A stretch of DNA of 64,000 nt from a virus. Under the pieces are notes generated by a model. It searched no databases, was not told the DNA's origin, and was given only the letters and a program-made list of their open reading frames with translations. Positions 34,952 through 44,907 of this stretch are shown piece after piece. Positions within the stretch are counted from its first letter, which is position 1; each line of letters starts with the position of its first letter. The position numbers were made by a program, and so were the translations under genes. The stretch lies in the IMG/VR virus record IMGVR_UViG_3300008259_000011, positions 1-64,000 of that record; one strand, given 5' to 3'.

Positions 34952-37924
34952 TCAGAAGTAATTCTTGTAATCAGATTTGAAGTTTTCTTCGAACTTAGAT
35001 TTGTCGAATGACAACGGCTCGCCAGGTTTGACAATATCAGAACCGGTCTTTGGTGTTGCCTTAGCTCTTGTACCAGCTGCGGCCGACTTTGTTCTTTCAA
35101 TTCCAGCCTTCCTATCCTTTTCAGCAGCGGCCTTGTCATCATCCGCTTTCTTGAGCTTAGCTTGTTCCTCGTCACTGTCTTTTTTGGCCTTATCTACCTT
35201 TGCCTTTTCTTCATCATCCTTTTGAATCTGAGCCGTGTCGTCTTGACCATTCTTTGCGAGAGCAGTTAATTGATCAAAGATTTCTTTACCTCTTTTCTCA
35301 TTTGGATTGACTGTAACAAATGTTCCGTCTTTTTGTCTATGACTCCACGCACCTTTTTCAAACTTGAAAATATTTGGAACGTTTCCAAGTTTTACTTTTA
35401 ACATCAAACCATCCTTGATATTAACAGTTGGGGTCAAATCAATGTCTTTAAACAAGGCTTCCACTTGTGCATCAACCTTCATACCAGAAACAAGTTTTCC
35501 ATTAATAATATCAAAGATATCAAGAATATCCTTGATCACAGGCTTAACTTGTTCTTTTGTTGGACTTGCCACATTCAATGCTTTTAATGAAACTGATAAT
35601 TGATTAAGTTTAGTCAAAAACGCTTTAATCAACTTCAAATCCTTTTCATTAACATTTGGATCCGCAGCAACATTTTTCTCACCACGACCTTCAATGCCAG
35701 GTTGTGCATAAGTTGCATCCTCAGTAACAGGTGTTGCTGGAGTTTTTGGTAAACGAGGATTCATCACCTGACGTAATCCATAAGTAATGTTTACCAACAA
35801 TGGTATTAACGCCCCCAACTCCTTAGCAAATGTATTAATATCTGCCGAAGTCATTGCTTCTTTAACCAATTCTTTTCTCAACTGTTCAACATTACCACCC
35901 AATTGTTTTTGAATAGATGCTTTGTTAAGATTACTCAATGCAACTGATTTAATTTTTTGAAGTAATGCTTTTGCATACTTAGCATCAGCAGGATTTGACA
36001 TCTTCAACGTTGACATCGTTTTAATACGATTAGCCAAACCGCCTGCAACCAATGGATTTTGTTTTACAGAAGTTAATTGTTTAGTCAAAACCGGAGTCAA
36101 ATTAATTGGAGTACCACCGGCAAGTTTTGGCTCAGGTGTACCGGGCTTCGCTGGTTCTGGTTCTCCTGGCTTTGTTGGCTCAGGTTCACCGGGCTTCGCT
36201 GGTTCAGGTGTGCCTGGCTTCGTTGGCTCGGGTGTACTTGGAGTTGTTGGATCAGGTGTGCCTGGCTTTGGTTTTGGTGTTTTGCCACCGCCTCCACCGC
36301 CACCGCCTGGTGCGGTTCCACCGCCACCGCCTCCACCGCCTGGTGCGGTTCCACCGCCACCGCCTCCACCGCCTGGTGCGGTTCCACCGCCACCACCTCC
36401 ACCGCCACCACCTCCACCGCCTGGTGCGGTTCCACCGCCACCACCACCGCCTGGTGTAGCTGGGGTTGGAGGTGTTGAAGCTTCTTTATCATCTACAACA
36501 ACATCTTTAGGAAATTCCAATTTATATTTTGGAAACTCTGCCATCAAACTTTCAATGATATCAACAGCAGTTTTTGCTTGTGGAATTTTCTTTAAATTGT
36601 CCACCAACTCTGAGGTTGATGCACCTTTTACTTTAAATGTCTTTGCAACATCTTTTAGATATGTTGAAATTTCTTTTCCAATGTTAAACTTAAGATTCTC
36701 AACTGCTTTAAGTTGATTTGGATTCAATGTAGGTGCAGATGGAGTAACAGGAGTCGTTGGTGCTGTTGCAGGAGCAGATGTTGCCGGATCCGCTTCAGAT
36801 AAAATATCTTGTACGATATTAGACAACATCAAAGATTCATTTTTAATTGAAGGAATTGCTCCTACAGTGGCTCCCACCGGAGCACCACCAGCTAAAGTTG
36901 CAACACCGGTTTTAACGCCAGCTCCAACGGATGCTGATGCGCTTTCACCCTTTAACAAACCTAGACCTGTACGTAAAACAAAACTGACAGCCGTGGCAAG
37001 AATAAACACTTGTGAAGAAGCTAATACACCAAGACCCAATGTTCCTGCACTGATAGCTGCTGCAAAAGTTAACAAACCAATAATGATACCAGATTTAATT
37101 GGATTTTCACGTCCATATTTTCCTAATGCATCGATGGTACTAAGAATGGTAGAAGTTTCTTTACCAGATGAATCTATCTTTGATAGTTTATCACGAAGCA
37201 ACTTTTTCTTTACTTCAAACAAACGATCAAAATCTTGTACTGGTTGAAGGTTTTGAAGTTTTGCCCATTGTGCATCAAATACTTCATTTAATTTACGTGC
37301 CAACTTTTCAACACCACCGACACCAGCAAAAGCAGTTCCGGTCAACATTGCTGGAGTTAAAAGTGTACCAGCAAATGCTAAATCACCTGCACCACTTGCA
37401 ATTTGTTTACCCTTCTGCCAAATTCCACCGGCCCATCCACTCATCTTGACTGGAACAGAACCAACTTTATCAGGTATAGATTTATCAAATGTCTTGAGTT
37501 GACCTAAATAATCCCCCAAACTTCTTGTGAAGTTTTGGTTTCTGGCTTTAAGATATGCTTCGTTTCCTGCATCAGTTGTGGAACCTTTAACACCAAATTT
37601 ATTTTGTACCCAATTGCCAAGTGTACCACCCAACTTACCACCGGTGGCTAACTTGTTGATACCAGCTCTAGCTTTTGCTCCCAAACCGGCAGCTTTTGCT
37701 GCAAATTGATCACCAAACTTTTCTTGAATAAGTTGTTCGGTAATCTCAAGATTTTCCAACTGAAGAATCAATTCTTTTTGAGCAGACAGTCCGTCAATAT
37801 AGTGTTGAAAAAACTCTTTGGTTCTATCGCCAAAAAGTGATTCGTATTGATCAAAAAAAGCAACTTCCTCGGAAAGAAGTTGCTTGAAATATAAATTTTC
37901 AATTATCAGTTGAGTGTTGTTCAT
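34952..37924 (-). CDS. Large (990 aa) putative internal/ejected virion protein with a hydrophobic hairpin and Gly/Pro repeats
   Basis: Directly downstream of the prohead protease; hydrophobic GIIIGLLTFAAAISAGTLGLGVLASSQVFILATAVSFVL; (G)nTAP and PEPxKPG repeats. Confidence 0.7.
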   Translation of the reverse strand: MNNTQLIIENLYFKQLLSEEVAFFDQYESLFGDRTKEFFQHYIDGLSAQKELILQLENLEITEQLIQEKFGDQFAAKAAGLGAKARAGINKLATGGKLGGTLGNWVQNKFGVKGSTTDAGNEAYLKARNQNFTRSLGDYLGQLKTFDKSIPDKVGSVPVKMSGWAGGIWQKGKQIASGAGDLAFAGTLLTPAMLTGTAFAGVGGVEKLARKLNEVFDAQWAKLQNLQPVQDFDRLFEVKKKLLRDKLSKIDSSGKETSTILSTIDALGKYGRENPIKSGIIIGLLTFAAAISAGTLGLGVLASSQVFILATAVSFVLRTGLGLLKGESASASVGAGVKTGVATLAGGAPVGATVGAIPSIKNESLMLSNIVQDILSEADPATSAPATAPTTPVTPSAPTLNPNQLKAVENLKFNIGKEISTYLKDVAKTFKVKGASTSELVDNLKKIPQAKTAVDIIESLMAEFPKYKLEFPKDVVVDDKEASTPPTPATPGGGGGGGTAPGGGGGGGGGGGGGTAPGGGGGGGGTAPGGGGGGGGTAPGGGGGGGGKTPKPKPGTPDPTTPSTPEPTKPGTPEPAKPGEPEPTKPGEPEPAKPGTPEPKLAGGTPINLTPVLTKQLTSVKQNPLVAGGLANRIKTMSTLKMSNPADAKYAKALLQKIKSVALSNLNKASIQKQLGGNVEQLRKELVKEAMTSADINTFAKELGALIPLLVNITYGLRQVMNPRLPKTPATPVTEDATYAQPGIEGRGEKNVAADPNVNEKDLKLIKAFLTKLNQLSVSLKALNVASPTKEQVKPVIKDILDIFDIINGKLVSGMKVDAQVEALFKDIDLTPTVNIKDGLMLKVKLGNVPNIFKFEKGAWSHRQKDGTFVTVNPNEKRGKEIFDQLTALAKNGQDDTAQIQKDDEEKAKVDKAKKDSDEEQAKLKKADDDKAAAEKDRKAGIERTKSAAAGTRAKATPKTGSDIVKPGEPLSFDKSKFEENFKSDYKNYF
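36135..36455. repeat. Low-complexity coding repeats: poly-Gly-TAP x4 and KPG(T/E)PEP units
   Basis: Recurrent ccaccgcctggtgcggttccaccgcca and 24-bp ggcttcgctggttc-type units. Confidence 0.85.
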
Positions 37925-37927
37925 ATT

Positions 37928-38539
37928 TTATTTAACTTCAGAGATTATATCGTGAATCAACGATTCAATTTTTGCGTATTTGTTTACAGTAGTATTTTGT
38001 ACAGACTCATTCAATGCACCAGTTGGAAATAAAAATGCTCCTCTGGTCGATGGATTACTTACAAAATCAAATGCAATAAGTTCAAAATCGTCTTGAACTT
38101 CATCTGCATTTTCTCTTACATTTTTACGTACACTTCCTAAACCACGACTACTAATACCCAACTTAATACCGGCCTTAAAAAGTGCTTTTAAAATATTACC
38201 ACTTGGTGTAGGAAGTATTTCTACTTTACCAACCAAATCATCACCATTCCACATCATTTCAACAACGTTATGACTGACGTTTTGAAGATTGACAACGCTA
38301 CTGTCCGGATGGTCAAGTTCACCCAATGCACGGCGTTCTTTTACGAAGTTGTCTTCATACTTCTTGACTTCACGTTCCAAAATATCTTTTGGATATACAC
38401 GACCGTTTTGATTCTTTGCGTTTGCACGTTGAAGAACACCTTGCACGATCATAGATTTTGATGGATCGTCAGTTGCTTCATTCAACTGTCCACCAATTGG
38501 TTCAAAGAAAATCCAACCTGTTTGTACTGTTTTATCCAT
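37928..38539 (-). CDS. gp21: Prohead core protease, T4 gp21-like
   Basis: KNQNGRVYP, ALGELDHP, VSH, GISSRGLGS, FDFVSNPST. Confidence 0.95.
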   Translation of the reverse strand: MDKTVQTGWIFFEPIGGQLNEATDDPSKSMIVQGVLQRANAKNQNGRVYPKDILEREVKKYEDNFVKERRALGELDHPDSSVVNLQNVSHNVVEMMWNGDDLVGKVEILPTPSGNILKALFKAGIKLGISSRGLGSVRKNVRENADEVQDDFELIAFDFVSNPSTRGAFLFPTGALNESVQNTTVNKYAKIESLIHDIISEVK

Positions 38540-38541
38540 AA

Positions 38542-39081
38542 TTAAGCTTGTTTTTTCTGTTGTGGTTGTGCAACGTATTGTGTTTGTGGCATTGGCTTAG
38601 CGGTTTGAATTGCAACTTGTCCACCTTTTGTTGTTGCTTTTGTTCCCGGTTCAGCAGTTTTTGGTTCTTTAGGCTTTTCTATCTTTAATGGTTCACCTTG
38701 ACCCAAAATTGTAATCTTGAATCCGGGCTTCAAAAAGTATTCCTTATCATCCTCGTCACGTAGAATTACTACATAACGATCATAAAAATAGTCAAGACTG
38801 GTACTTGTTACTGAGATTTCATAATCACGAACAGGTTGACCGTATCCTTTGGATGCTTGTATTGATACCTTCTTACCCAAAACTCTATTGTTCAAATTTT
38901 GTAAGAATGCTGCTTTTGATTCAGCCGTTGTTCTTGCAATCTTTGCTTCAAAATCACTAAAATCTGAACTAACATTATAGTCTACAGAAGTAGCAGGCAA
39001 TGGTTGACCGCCCGCAGTCGATGTACCAAAATGTTGAGGATCGTTTTCGTCCTCGGTAAGTAATTTGACAAGTGAAATCAT
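38542..39081 (-). CDS. Hypothetical protein in the head cluster
   Basis: MISLVKLLTE leader; lies between portal and protease. Confidence 0.7.
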   Translation of the reverse strand: MISLVKLLTEDENDPQHFGTSTAGGQPLPATSVDYNVSSDFSDFEAKIARTTAESKAAFLQNLNNRVLGKKVSIQASKGYGQPVRDYEISVTSTSLDYFYDRYVVILRDEDDKEYFLKPGFKITILGQGEPLKIEKPKEPKTAEPGTKATTKGGQVAIQTAKPMPQTQYVAQPQQKKQA

Positions 39082-39082
39082 A

Positions 39083-39820
39083 TTATTGTATTTTTCTTAG
39101 TTTTTCACCAATAGACTTGAGTCTAGCTTTGATTTCAGCCATTCTATCAGATGTACGTTTCCACAAAGTTTCATTTGGAACTTCCATCTCAGTCTTAAGT
39201 TTATGGTTAACACTCATTAAAAAGTCTACTTCTCTAAGCATCTTTGTGATTTCTTGAGTAATCAAAGAAACCTTATAAGAATTCTTCTTAGGATTTTCTT
39301 TCAAACGAATATAACGAGATACCGCCTCGTTTAACTTACTTTCCTTTTCAGTAAGATCTTTAATGCCCTTGGTTATTGTTCTAATAAACTTGGTCTTTTG
39401 ATCTGGTGTTGCTTTTGAAATTTTCTTTTCAAAGTCAGCGTCATCTTTACCGGGATGTTTATCAGCCCAATCAGGAACACCGTCACCATCTGCATCTGGC
39501 TTTTTCTTCTTAACTTCCTTCTTTTTCTTTGGTGCCTTCTTTTCGTCAAGTTCTTCTTCTTTTTCTGCAAGCTTTGAACCGGGATTTTGTTTCAATGTAG
39601 CCTTAGTTGCACTATTACTACCACGTTGTCCAGGCGCTGCAAAAGCACGTGGAGTTTTAATGCCATCAATTCCACCAGTTCCACCAGTTCCACTAGTTGT
39701 TGATGTTTCATCAAGATCTTGTAGTTCTTGTTTAATCAATTTCTTGATAAGTTCTTTCAACTTGGCTTCATCTTCTCCGGTAATCAAATTTGGAGTCTCT
39801 GGTTTCTTTTCTTTACTCAT
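39083..39820 (-). CDS. Hypothetical charged protein in the head cluster with a DxDGDG Ca-binding-like motif
   Basis: DADGDGVPDWADKHP; several L-x-E sites. Confidence 0.7.
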   Translation of the reverse strand: MSKEKKPETPNLITGEDEAKLKELIKKLIKQELQDLDETSTTSGTGGTGGIDGIKTPRAFAAPGQRGSNSATKATLKQNPGSKLAEKEEELDEKKAPKKKKEVKKKKPDADGDGVPDWADKHPGKDDADFEKKISKATPDQKTKFIRTITKGIKDLTEKESKLNEAVSRYIRLKENPKKNSYKVSLITQEITKMLREVDFLMSVNHKLKTEMEVPNETLWKRTSDRMAEIKARLKSIGEKLRKIQ

Positions 39821-39821
39821 A

Positions 39822-40685
39822 TTATTTCAAGTTATTAAGTTCTTTGACCAATTCATATGACAATAATAATGCCATAATATGATTGTCTTTGACAACAGTA
39901 GAAGGTTTTACTTTATCCAAAACATTAGTGATTTCTGTAAGTTTAATATAAACAACTTGATTATCTTTAATCTTGGATGTAGAATCTGATATAATTTTCT
40001 TAATCTTTTCAATTTCTTCACAAACGTATTTGGAAAGAGAATTGGTATTTGATACGTTAAGAATGTATTCACGAATAAGGTTCTTTTGATTGTCATCAAA
40101 ATCCTTATACTTGGTATTCATACCTTCCAACAACAATTTGTATGCGAGAAGACGAATATCCTCGCTTTGTTGTTTATAGTATTCCAACAATCCTTCATCA
40201 TTATCAGACTTTTTAGTTACTGTTTTGCACAAAGACTCAATGATGGATTCTCTGGATTGAACTACTTCTTTAACGTCAAACTTGGATGATGTCTTATTTT
40301 CGAAGACTTTATAAATGGATGCAAAAATACGATAATTCTTGATATTGGCTTTTAAGAAACTATCAATTGGATAGATTTCTTTTATCTCACGGATCAAATC
40401 GTACTTTTGTTGTGCTAGTCGTTTGTCATCTAATTGTGCCCGTGATTCCAATACCACACTGATTATTCTTTCAGCGTGAGAGGCATCTCTAGCTTTTTCG
40501 TTTAGTAGGAAATTGTATAGTTGATACTCTTTACCTAATTCGGTATTCTCAGAAAAATACTTAAAAAGAATTTGTTTGGCAGCTGATTCATCCTTACCCC
40601 CAATAATATCTGCTGTTATTTGACGGGTAAGCAGCTCAAACAAAATTCCCGTATTTTTGAACTTTGAATGCTTCGCTTTGTGCAT
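39822..40685 (-). CDS. Helical hypothetical protein downstream of the portal
   Basis: 287-aa ORF beginning KHSKFKNTGILFELL; has its own late motif at 40702-40709. Confidence 0.75.
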   Translation of the reverse strand: MHKAKHSKFKNTGILFELLTRQITADIIGGKDESAAKQILFKYFSENTELGKEYQLYNFLLNEKARDASHAERIISVVLESRAQLDDKRLAQQKYDLIREIKEIYPIDSFLKANIKNYRIFASIYKVFENKTSSKFDVKEVVQSRESIIESLCKTVTKKSDNDEGLLEYYKQQSEDIRLLAYKLLLEGMNTKYKDFDDNQKNLIREYILNVSNTNSLSKYVCEEIEKIKKIISDSTSKIKDNQVVYIKLTEITNVLDKVKPSTVVKDNHIMALLLSYELVKELNNLK

Positions 40686-40741
40686 ATTAGTAGTTATAAT
40701 TTATAAATATATCAATTTTTGATGAAACTCCCATAATTGTA

Positions 40742-42649
40742 TTATTCTAGTATGTTAGATTCATCCATCATGGATTTTTGTTTATTTTCGGAAATCAATG
40801 TTTGTTTTTCTTGTTTTGCAGTCTTGAGATATGAGTCTAAAGTAGTCAATTCCTTATTGATACTTTCAAGACTAAACGGTGAAGATCCTGTGAACTTATG
40901 ATTTGGGGATCTATCTGCTTTAAAATCCCTATTCATTTCAAGATGACCGAGTGGATCTTCTCCGAATGGATAATTACTGGCCTTTTTCAATCCTTTTTGA
41001 GACGGACGTTCATAGTCTGGCTTTGACTTTTCCTTCAATGTAGGAATTTCTGCACCACCAGCTTCTCCTCCACCAGCAGGAGCGGATTCACCGCCAGCTT
41101 CTCCACCGGTTTCACCGCCTCCACCACCGCCACCGCCACCGCCTTCTTCTGGACTAACTTTTTGGAATGACTTGGCAGGATCATTACCTTCTTCTTCAAT
41201 CTGTTTAAATCTGTATGTCTGTTTTGCGTCATCAACAATATCGTTTTTGATATTGTTCATGTCATCATCTGACATATGGAAAATTTCGTTGTATACCCAC
41301 TTTTTACTAAACAACTTATTATCCAACATGTCTTTAGCGACAGATACCTTATTTGACCAAATGTCGATCTTTTCCTTTTCAAATACCGTTGATGGATTGG
41401 TAAGTTCCAAACTAAAATCAACCAAACTTGAATCTCTGTATCCTTGTGCATACAAGTGTACAATACCAATCTTGGTCAATTCACTGATAAGAATTTGTTG
41501 AATACGTTGAATTGTACGAGAAAAACGAACATCTTCTTGTGCCAATGTAGCTTTACCACTCAAATCTTCATCATAACTCAAGAACGCCTTAGGTATCTTG
41601 AGAGCAGCCATCATTTTCTTACGCAGATATTCAATATCGTCCGTGCCAGTGAATTCCATGCCACTAAGAGATTCAATGCTGGTACCACTATCACCACCAC
41701 GAACAGGAAGATAAAAATCTTCAACCATGTTTTGAAGATTGAAACGAAGATTGTAATCACCACTTTTTTCATCGATATATGGTACCTTTTTGGTTTTAGC
41801 AATCAACTTTTCCATATATGAGTCAATCTCGTTTGGAGGAATATTACCAACGTCAATCTTGAAAATACGTTTTTCAGGAGCACGCATAATACGATGAATC
41901 AACATTGCGTCTTCCATCAAACTCAATTGTTTCCAAACGCGACGAGCACCTTCCAACATACTCTTACCATATGGCAAGAAGTTACTATCACTCAATAAAC
42001 GAAAATGTGCTACTTGATAGTTTTCAAGATCTTCGACCTTACCACCGTCAGGTAGGTTGACTTGAAATTTGATATAGTTCTTATTATACAAATCACTGTT
42101 TTCAACACGGGTTACATTATAAGCACTAATTGGCTCAATCATATAAACTCCGTACTCGGGACTGATATAAAGTCTAAGATAAAAATCGCCGTACTTACAC
42201 ATGTTACGAACATAACTCCAAAGGTTAAATTCGATATTCATGATATCATAATACAAGTTACGAAGTATCTGTTTGATATTATCATTTGGTGTATTGATCA
42301 CCAAAACATCTCCCATTTCGTTACGTGTCAATGATTCATCCGCGTAAATATCCAATGCAGAACTAAGAATTGGATCCATGTCCATCGTATCATAATCTCT
42401 GAATAATTCGATACGAGCGGCTTGATAACTAAGGGTGAAATCTCTACTATACTGATTGTACGCAGAAGTACGAATACGATTAAAACGGTCACGTAGTGTG
42501 TTTCTATCCGTAGCGTATGCTACTTCATCGGTATCTACTACCTTTAACTTTTTACCACCAACGTTACGTACAATAACGTCTGTAGAGAAAAGTCTCTTAA
42601 GACGAGCAAATAGTGATCTGCTCTTTAAATCTGTCGGTTGATCTGCCAT
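40742..42649 (-). CDS. gp20: Portal protein, T4 gp20-like
   Basis: KQLSLMEDAMLIHRIMRAPEKRIFKIDVGN, EDFYLPVRGG, DDIEYLRKKMMAALKIPK. Confidence 0.96.
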   Translation of the reverse strand: MADQPTDLKSRSLFARLKRLFSTDVIVRNVGGKKLKVVDTDEVAYATDRNTLRDRFNRIRTSAYNQYSRDFTLSYQAARIELFRDYDTMDMDPILSSALDIYADESLTRNEMGDVLVINTPNDNIKQILRNLYYDIMNIEFNLWSYVRNMCKYGDFYLRLYISPEYGVYMIEPISAYNVTRVENSDLYNKNYIKFQVNLPDGGKVEDLENYQVAHFRLLSDSNFLPYGKSMLEGARRVWKQLSLMEDAMLIHRIMRAPEKRIFKIDVGNIPPNEIDSYMEKLIAKTKKVPYIDEKSGDYNLRFNLQNMVEDFYLPVRGGDSGTSIESLSGMEFTGTDDIEYLRKKMMAALKIPKAFLSYDEDLSGKATLAQEDVRFSRTIQRIQQILISELTKIGIVHLYAQGYRDSSLVDFSLELTNPSTVFEKEKIDIWSNKVSVAKDMLDNKLFSKKWVYNEIFHMSDDDMNNIKNDIVDDAKQTYRFKQIEEEGNDPAKSFQKVSPEEGGGGGGGGGGETGGEAGGESAPAGGGEAGGAEIPTLKEKSKPDYERPSQKGLKKASNYPFGEDPLGHLEMNRDFKADRSPNHKFTGSSPFSLESINKELTTLDSYLKTAKQEKQTLISENKQKSMMDESNILE

Positions 42650-42689
42650 ACAATTGTATTATATTTCGTAAATAAATAGTGAAAGATCG

Positions 42690-44288
42690 TTATAATAACC
42701 AAGTTAAACTCTCTTTTTGATCTTTTAGTCCGGTAGGCATTTCCCACGACTGTTGTGCATTTGCGTTTTTTGTAGTATACACAGGAGAGCTTTGTTGTTC
42801 AGATCTATTGATACTACCCAACATATTACGAGTCATATCTATTGATTGTTGACGTAATTTCAAAGCGGTATCACGTACCCACAATCCAATTGCAAATGAC
42901 ATTACCAAATCATCATTGTAATTCTTCATTGCCTCGGCTTTACCATTATTCCAAATAAACGTATACAATTCATCAATTGTACGTGTTGACTGAATATTTA
43001 TGGTCTTTTCACGCATATAACTTTCTAATCGTGAAATAATCAACTGTCTTGTTACAGATGTTGTAGTAAACCCCGGAGTCATCTTCTTTTCGACAGAATG
43101 GATTCGATTGGTCATTTGATGTTCCACGTCTACATATTTTAAATCAGCACTACTATAAAACAAATTAGGATATTTTCTATCCAAGATTTGTTGAATTGTG
43201 CCCCAACCAATATTTAAATTTTCTACAATCAACAAGGCGTTGTTATATTCTGTAGCAACATTGACCAACATATTGCCATAATCTTTGGTTCCAATTTGTC
43301 CTTTGTATTCCGCAACCTGCGTAAAACTTTCAATATCAATTACGTGAAATGCACTATAGTCGCCTCCATCACCACGAGCAACGTCCGCACATACCAAATA
43401 TGAACGTGTATAGTCTGGATATTCCCACAACCACAACAATTTATCCATACCTCTAGTTTCGACAGGAGCACGTACTTTTGTCTGTTTATAGAAATCAAGA
43501 ATCGGCACATCAACTACAGTATTACCTGATGTAGCAAAGTCACAATCACATTCTTGTGCGGCCATCTTTGGACCAAGCAATTTTGTTTGTTCATCTCTCC
43601 AAGTTTGATCACGTTCAGGATGAAGATGCCATGGCAAACGTATCGTGTGAAACTTATTCTTTTTACCTTCAGCTTCTACCCAAGTTTTATGAAAAAAGTT
43701 ACCAACACCGTTTGGTGTTGATAACACGATTGCTTTACCACCAGTTGATAGTGTCGATTGTGCCGATGTCCAAATTTCATCGATGTTATCAATAAATGCG
43801 GCCTCGTCAATAATCAACATTGATAGTGCGGCCGAACGACCAGCGGTACCAGAAGATGATACGGCTTTAATTTGTGAACCATTCTTAAGACGCAATGATA
43901 GACGATTATCTTCGACACATGGAACTTTCAACCAACTTGGAAGATTGTCATTGGCAAAACGTACACGGGTAACAATTTCTTTAGATGTTTCTTGTGTAAT
44001 ACTGATACACAAAATATTTTTGTCACTATTAAATACCATCAACCACAAACTATACGCACTACACAATGTGGTAATACCAAGCTGACGACTTTTTAAAATA
44101 ATGTTATAGTCGTTATCAATAATCTCCTGTAGAGAATCATCTTGAAAAGGATATAATTCAAATGGTATTGTACCTCGTTTAGGATGTTGAATCTTGACGT
44201 ACTTCTTCATAAAGTACATCGGGTTTTCAAGACACTTTTTATATTCTGCCTTGATGATATCTCTTAACGATTTTTGATCATTCGACAT
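42690..44288 (-). CDS. gp17: Terminase large subunit, T4 gp17-like
   Basis: LYPFQ, KSRQLGITT (Walker A), LIIDEAAF (Walker B), STPNG, ADVARGDGGDYS, NDDLVMS. Confidence 0.96.
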   Translation of the reverse strand: MSNDQKSLRDIIKAEYKKCLENPMYFMKKYVKIQHPKRGTIPFELYPFQDDSLQEIIDNDYNIILKSRQLGITTLCSAYSLWLMVFNSDKNILCISITQETSKEIVTRVRFANDNLPSWLKVPCVEDNRLSLRLKNGSQIKAVSSSGTAGRSAALSMLIIDEAAFIDNIDEIWTSAQSTLSTGGKAIVLSTPNGVGNFFHKTWVEAEGKKNKFHTIRLPWHLHPERDQTWRDEQTKLLGPKMAAQECDCDFATSGNTVVDVPILDFYKQTKVRAPVETRGMDKLLWLWEYPDYTRSYLVCADVARGDGGDYSAFHVIDIESFTQVAEYKGQIGTKDYGNMLVNVATEYNNALLIVENLNIGWGTIQQILDRKYPNLFYSSADLKYVDVEHQMTNRIHSVEKKMTPGFTTTSVTRQLIISRLESYMREKTINIQSTRTIDELYTFIWNNGKAEAMKNYNDDLVMSFAIGLWVRDTALKLRQQSIDMTRNMLGSINRSEQQSSPVYTTKNANAQQSWEMPTGLKDQKESLTWLL

Positions 44289-44886
44289 GACTTAACTTCT
44301 CCAATTTCTTTTCAATCTTGAGAATCTGTTTATCAATCTTTTTCAAATCGGCTTTCAGATCTTTCAAAATATTTTCTCTACGTTCAATCGTCCATTCATC
44401 CAAAGTTCCATCACCGTTTGGAAACGATATCTTTTGATGAGAAGATACAAAATCAAAACTTTCCTGCACCTTGGTACGAAACTCTTTGGCTTGACTCAAT
44501 TGATTACGCAATAGTTTGTTTTGTTCATAATCATCATACTTTCCTTCTACACGTAACTTGGTTTCAAACTTTGCAAGACATTCTTGACAACGACCGGTCT
44601 TATTATAAAGAATTTCATCATAACGATTGCCCCACCGAATATCCATATTACAATCTTTACAATGACGTTTGGTAGATTCAATCGTAGACGAACTGACATT
44701 GTTAATAGCACGTTTGGTGCCATTTTTCTTTATCCACTTTTTACCATTTACGTCCTCCCAAATTTCACCCTCTTTACGAGATGCAAAATCGGAATCTGCA
44801 GTATAACCAACTTGAATAAAAGGACGTTCACCATTGAGATAGTCCCTAACGATTGCCAAATTACTTTTTCCTGACGCTTTTTTCAT
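44278..44886 (-). CDS. Hypothetical protein with two CxxC pairs (possible Zn finger), overlapping the terminase start
   Basis: CKDC...CQEC and a C-terminal coiled coil; 11-nt overlap with the terminase gene. Confidence 0.7.
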   Translation of the reverse strand: MKKASGKSNLAIVRDYLNGERPFIQVGYTADSDFASRKEGEIWEDVNGKKWIKKNGTKRAINNVSSSTIESTKRHCKDCNMDIRWGNRYDEILYNKTGRCQECLAKFETKLRVEGKYDDYEQNKLLRNQLSQAKEFRTKVQESFDFVSSHQKISFPNGDGTLDEWTIERRENILKDLKADLKKIDKQILKIEKKLEKLSHVE

Positions 44887-44907
44887 AACTTATATTTGTT
44901 TAATTAT

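Noticed and set aside
30509-44288. Introns or inteins in capsid, portal or terminase
   Set aside because: Lengths are ordinary and motifs are contiguous. No intein-like or homing endonuclease signatures were noticed.
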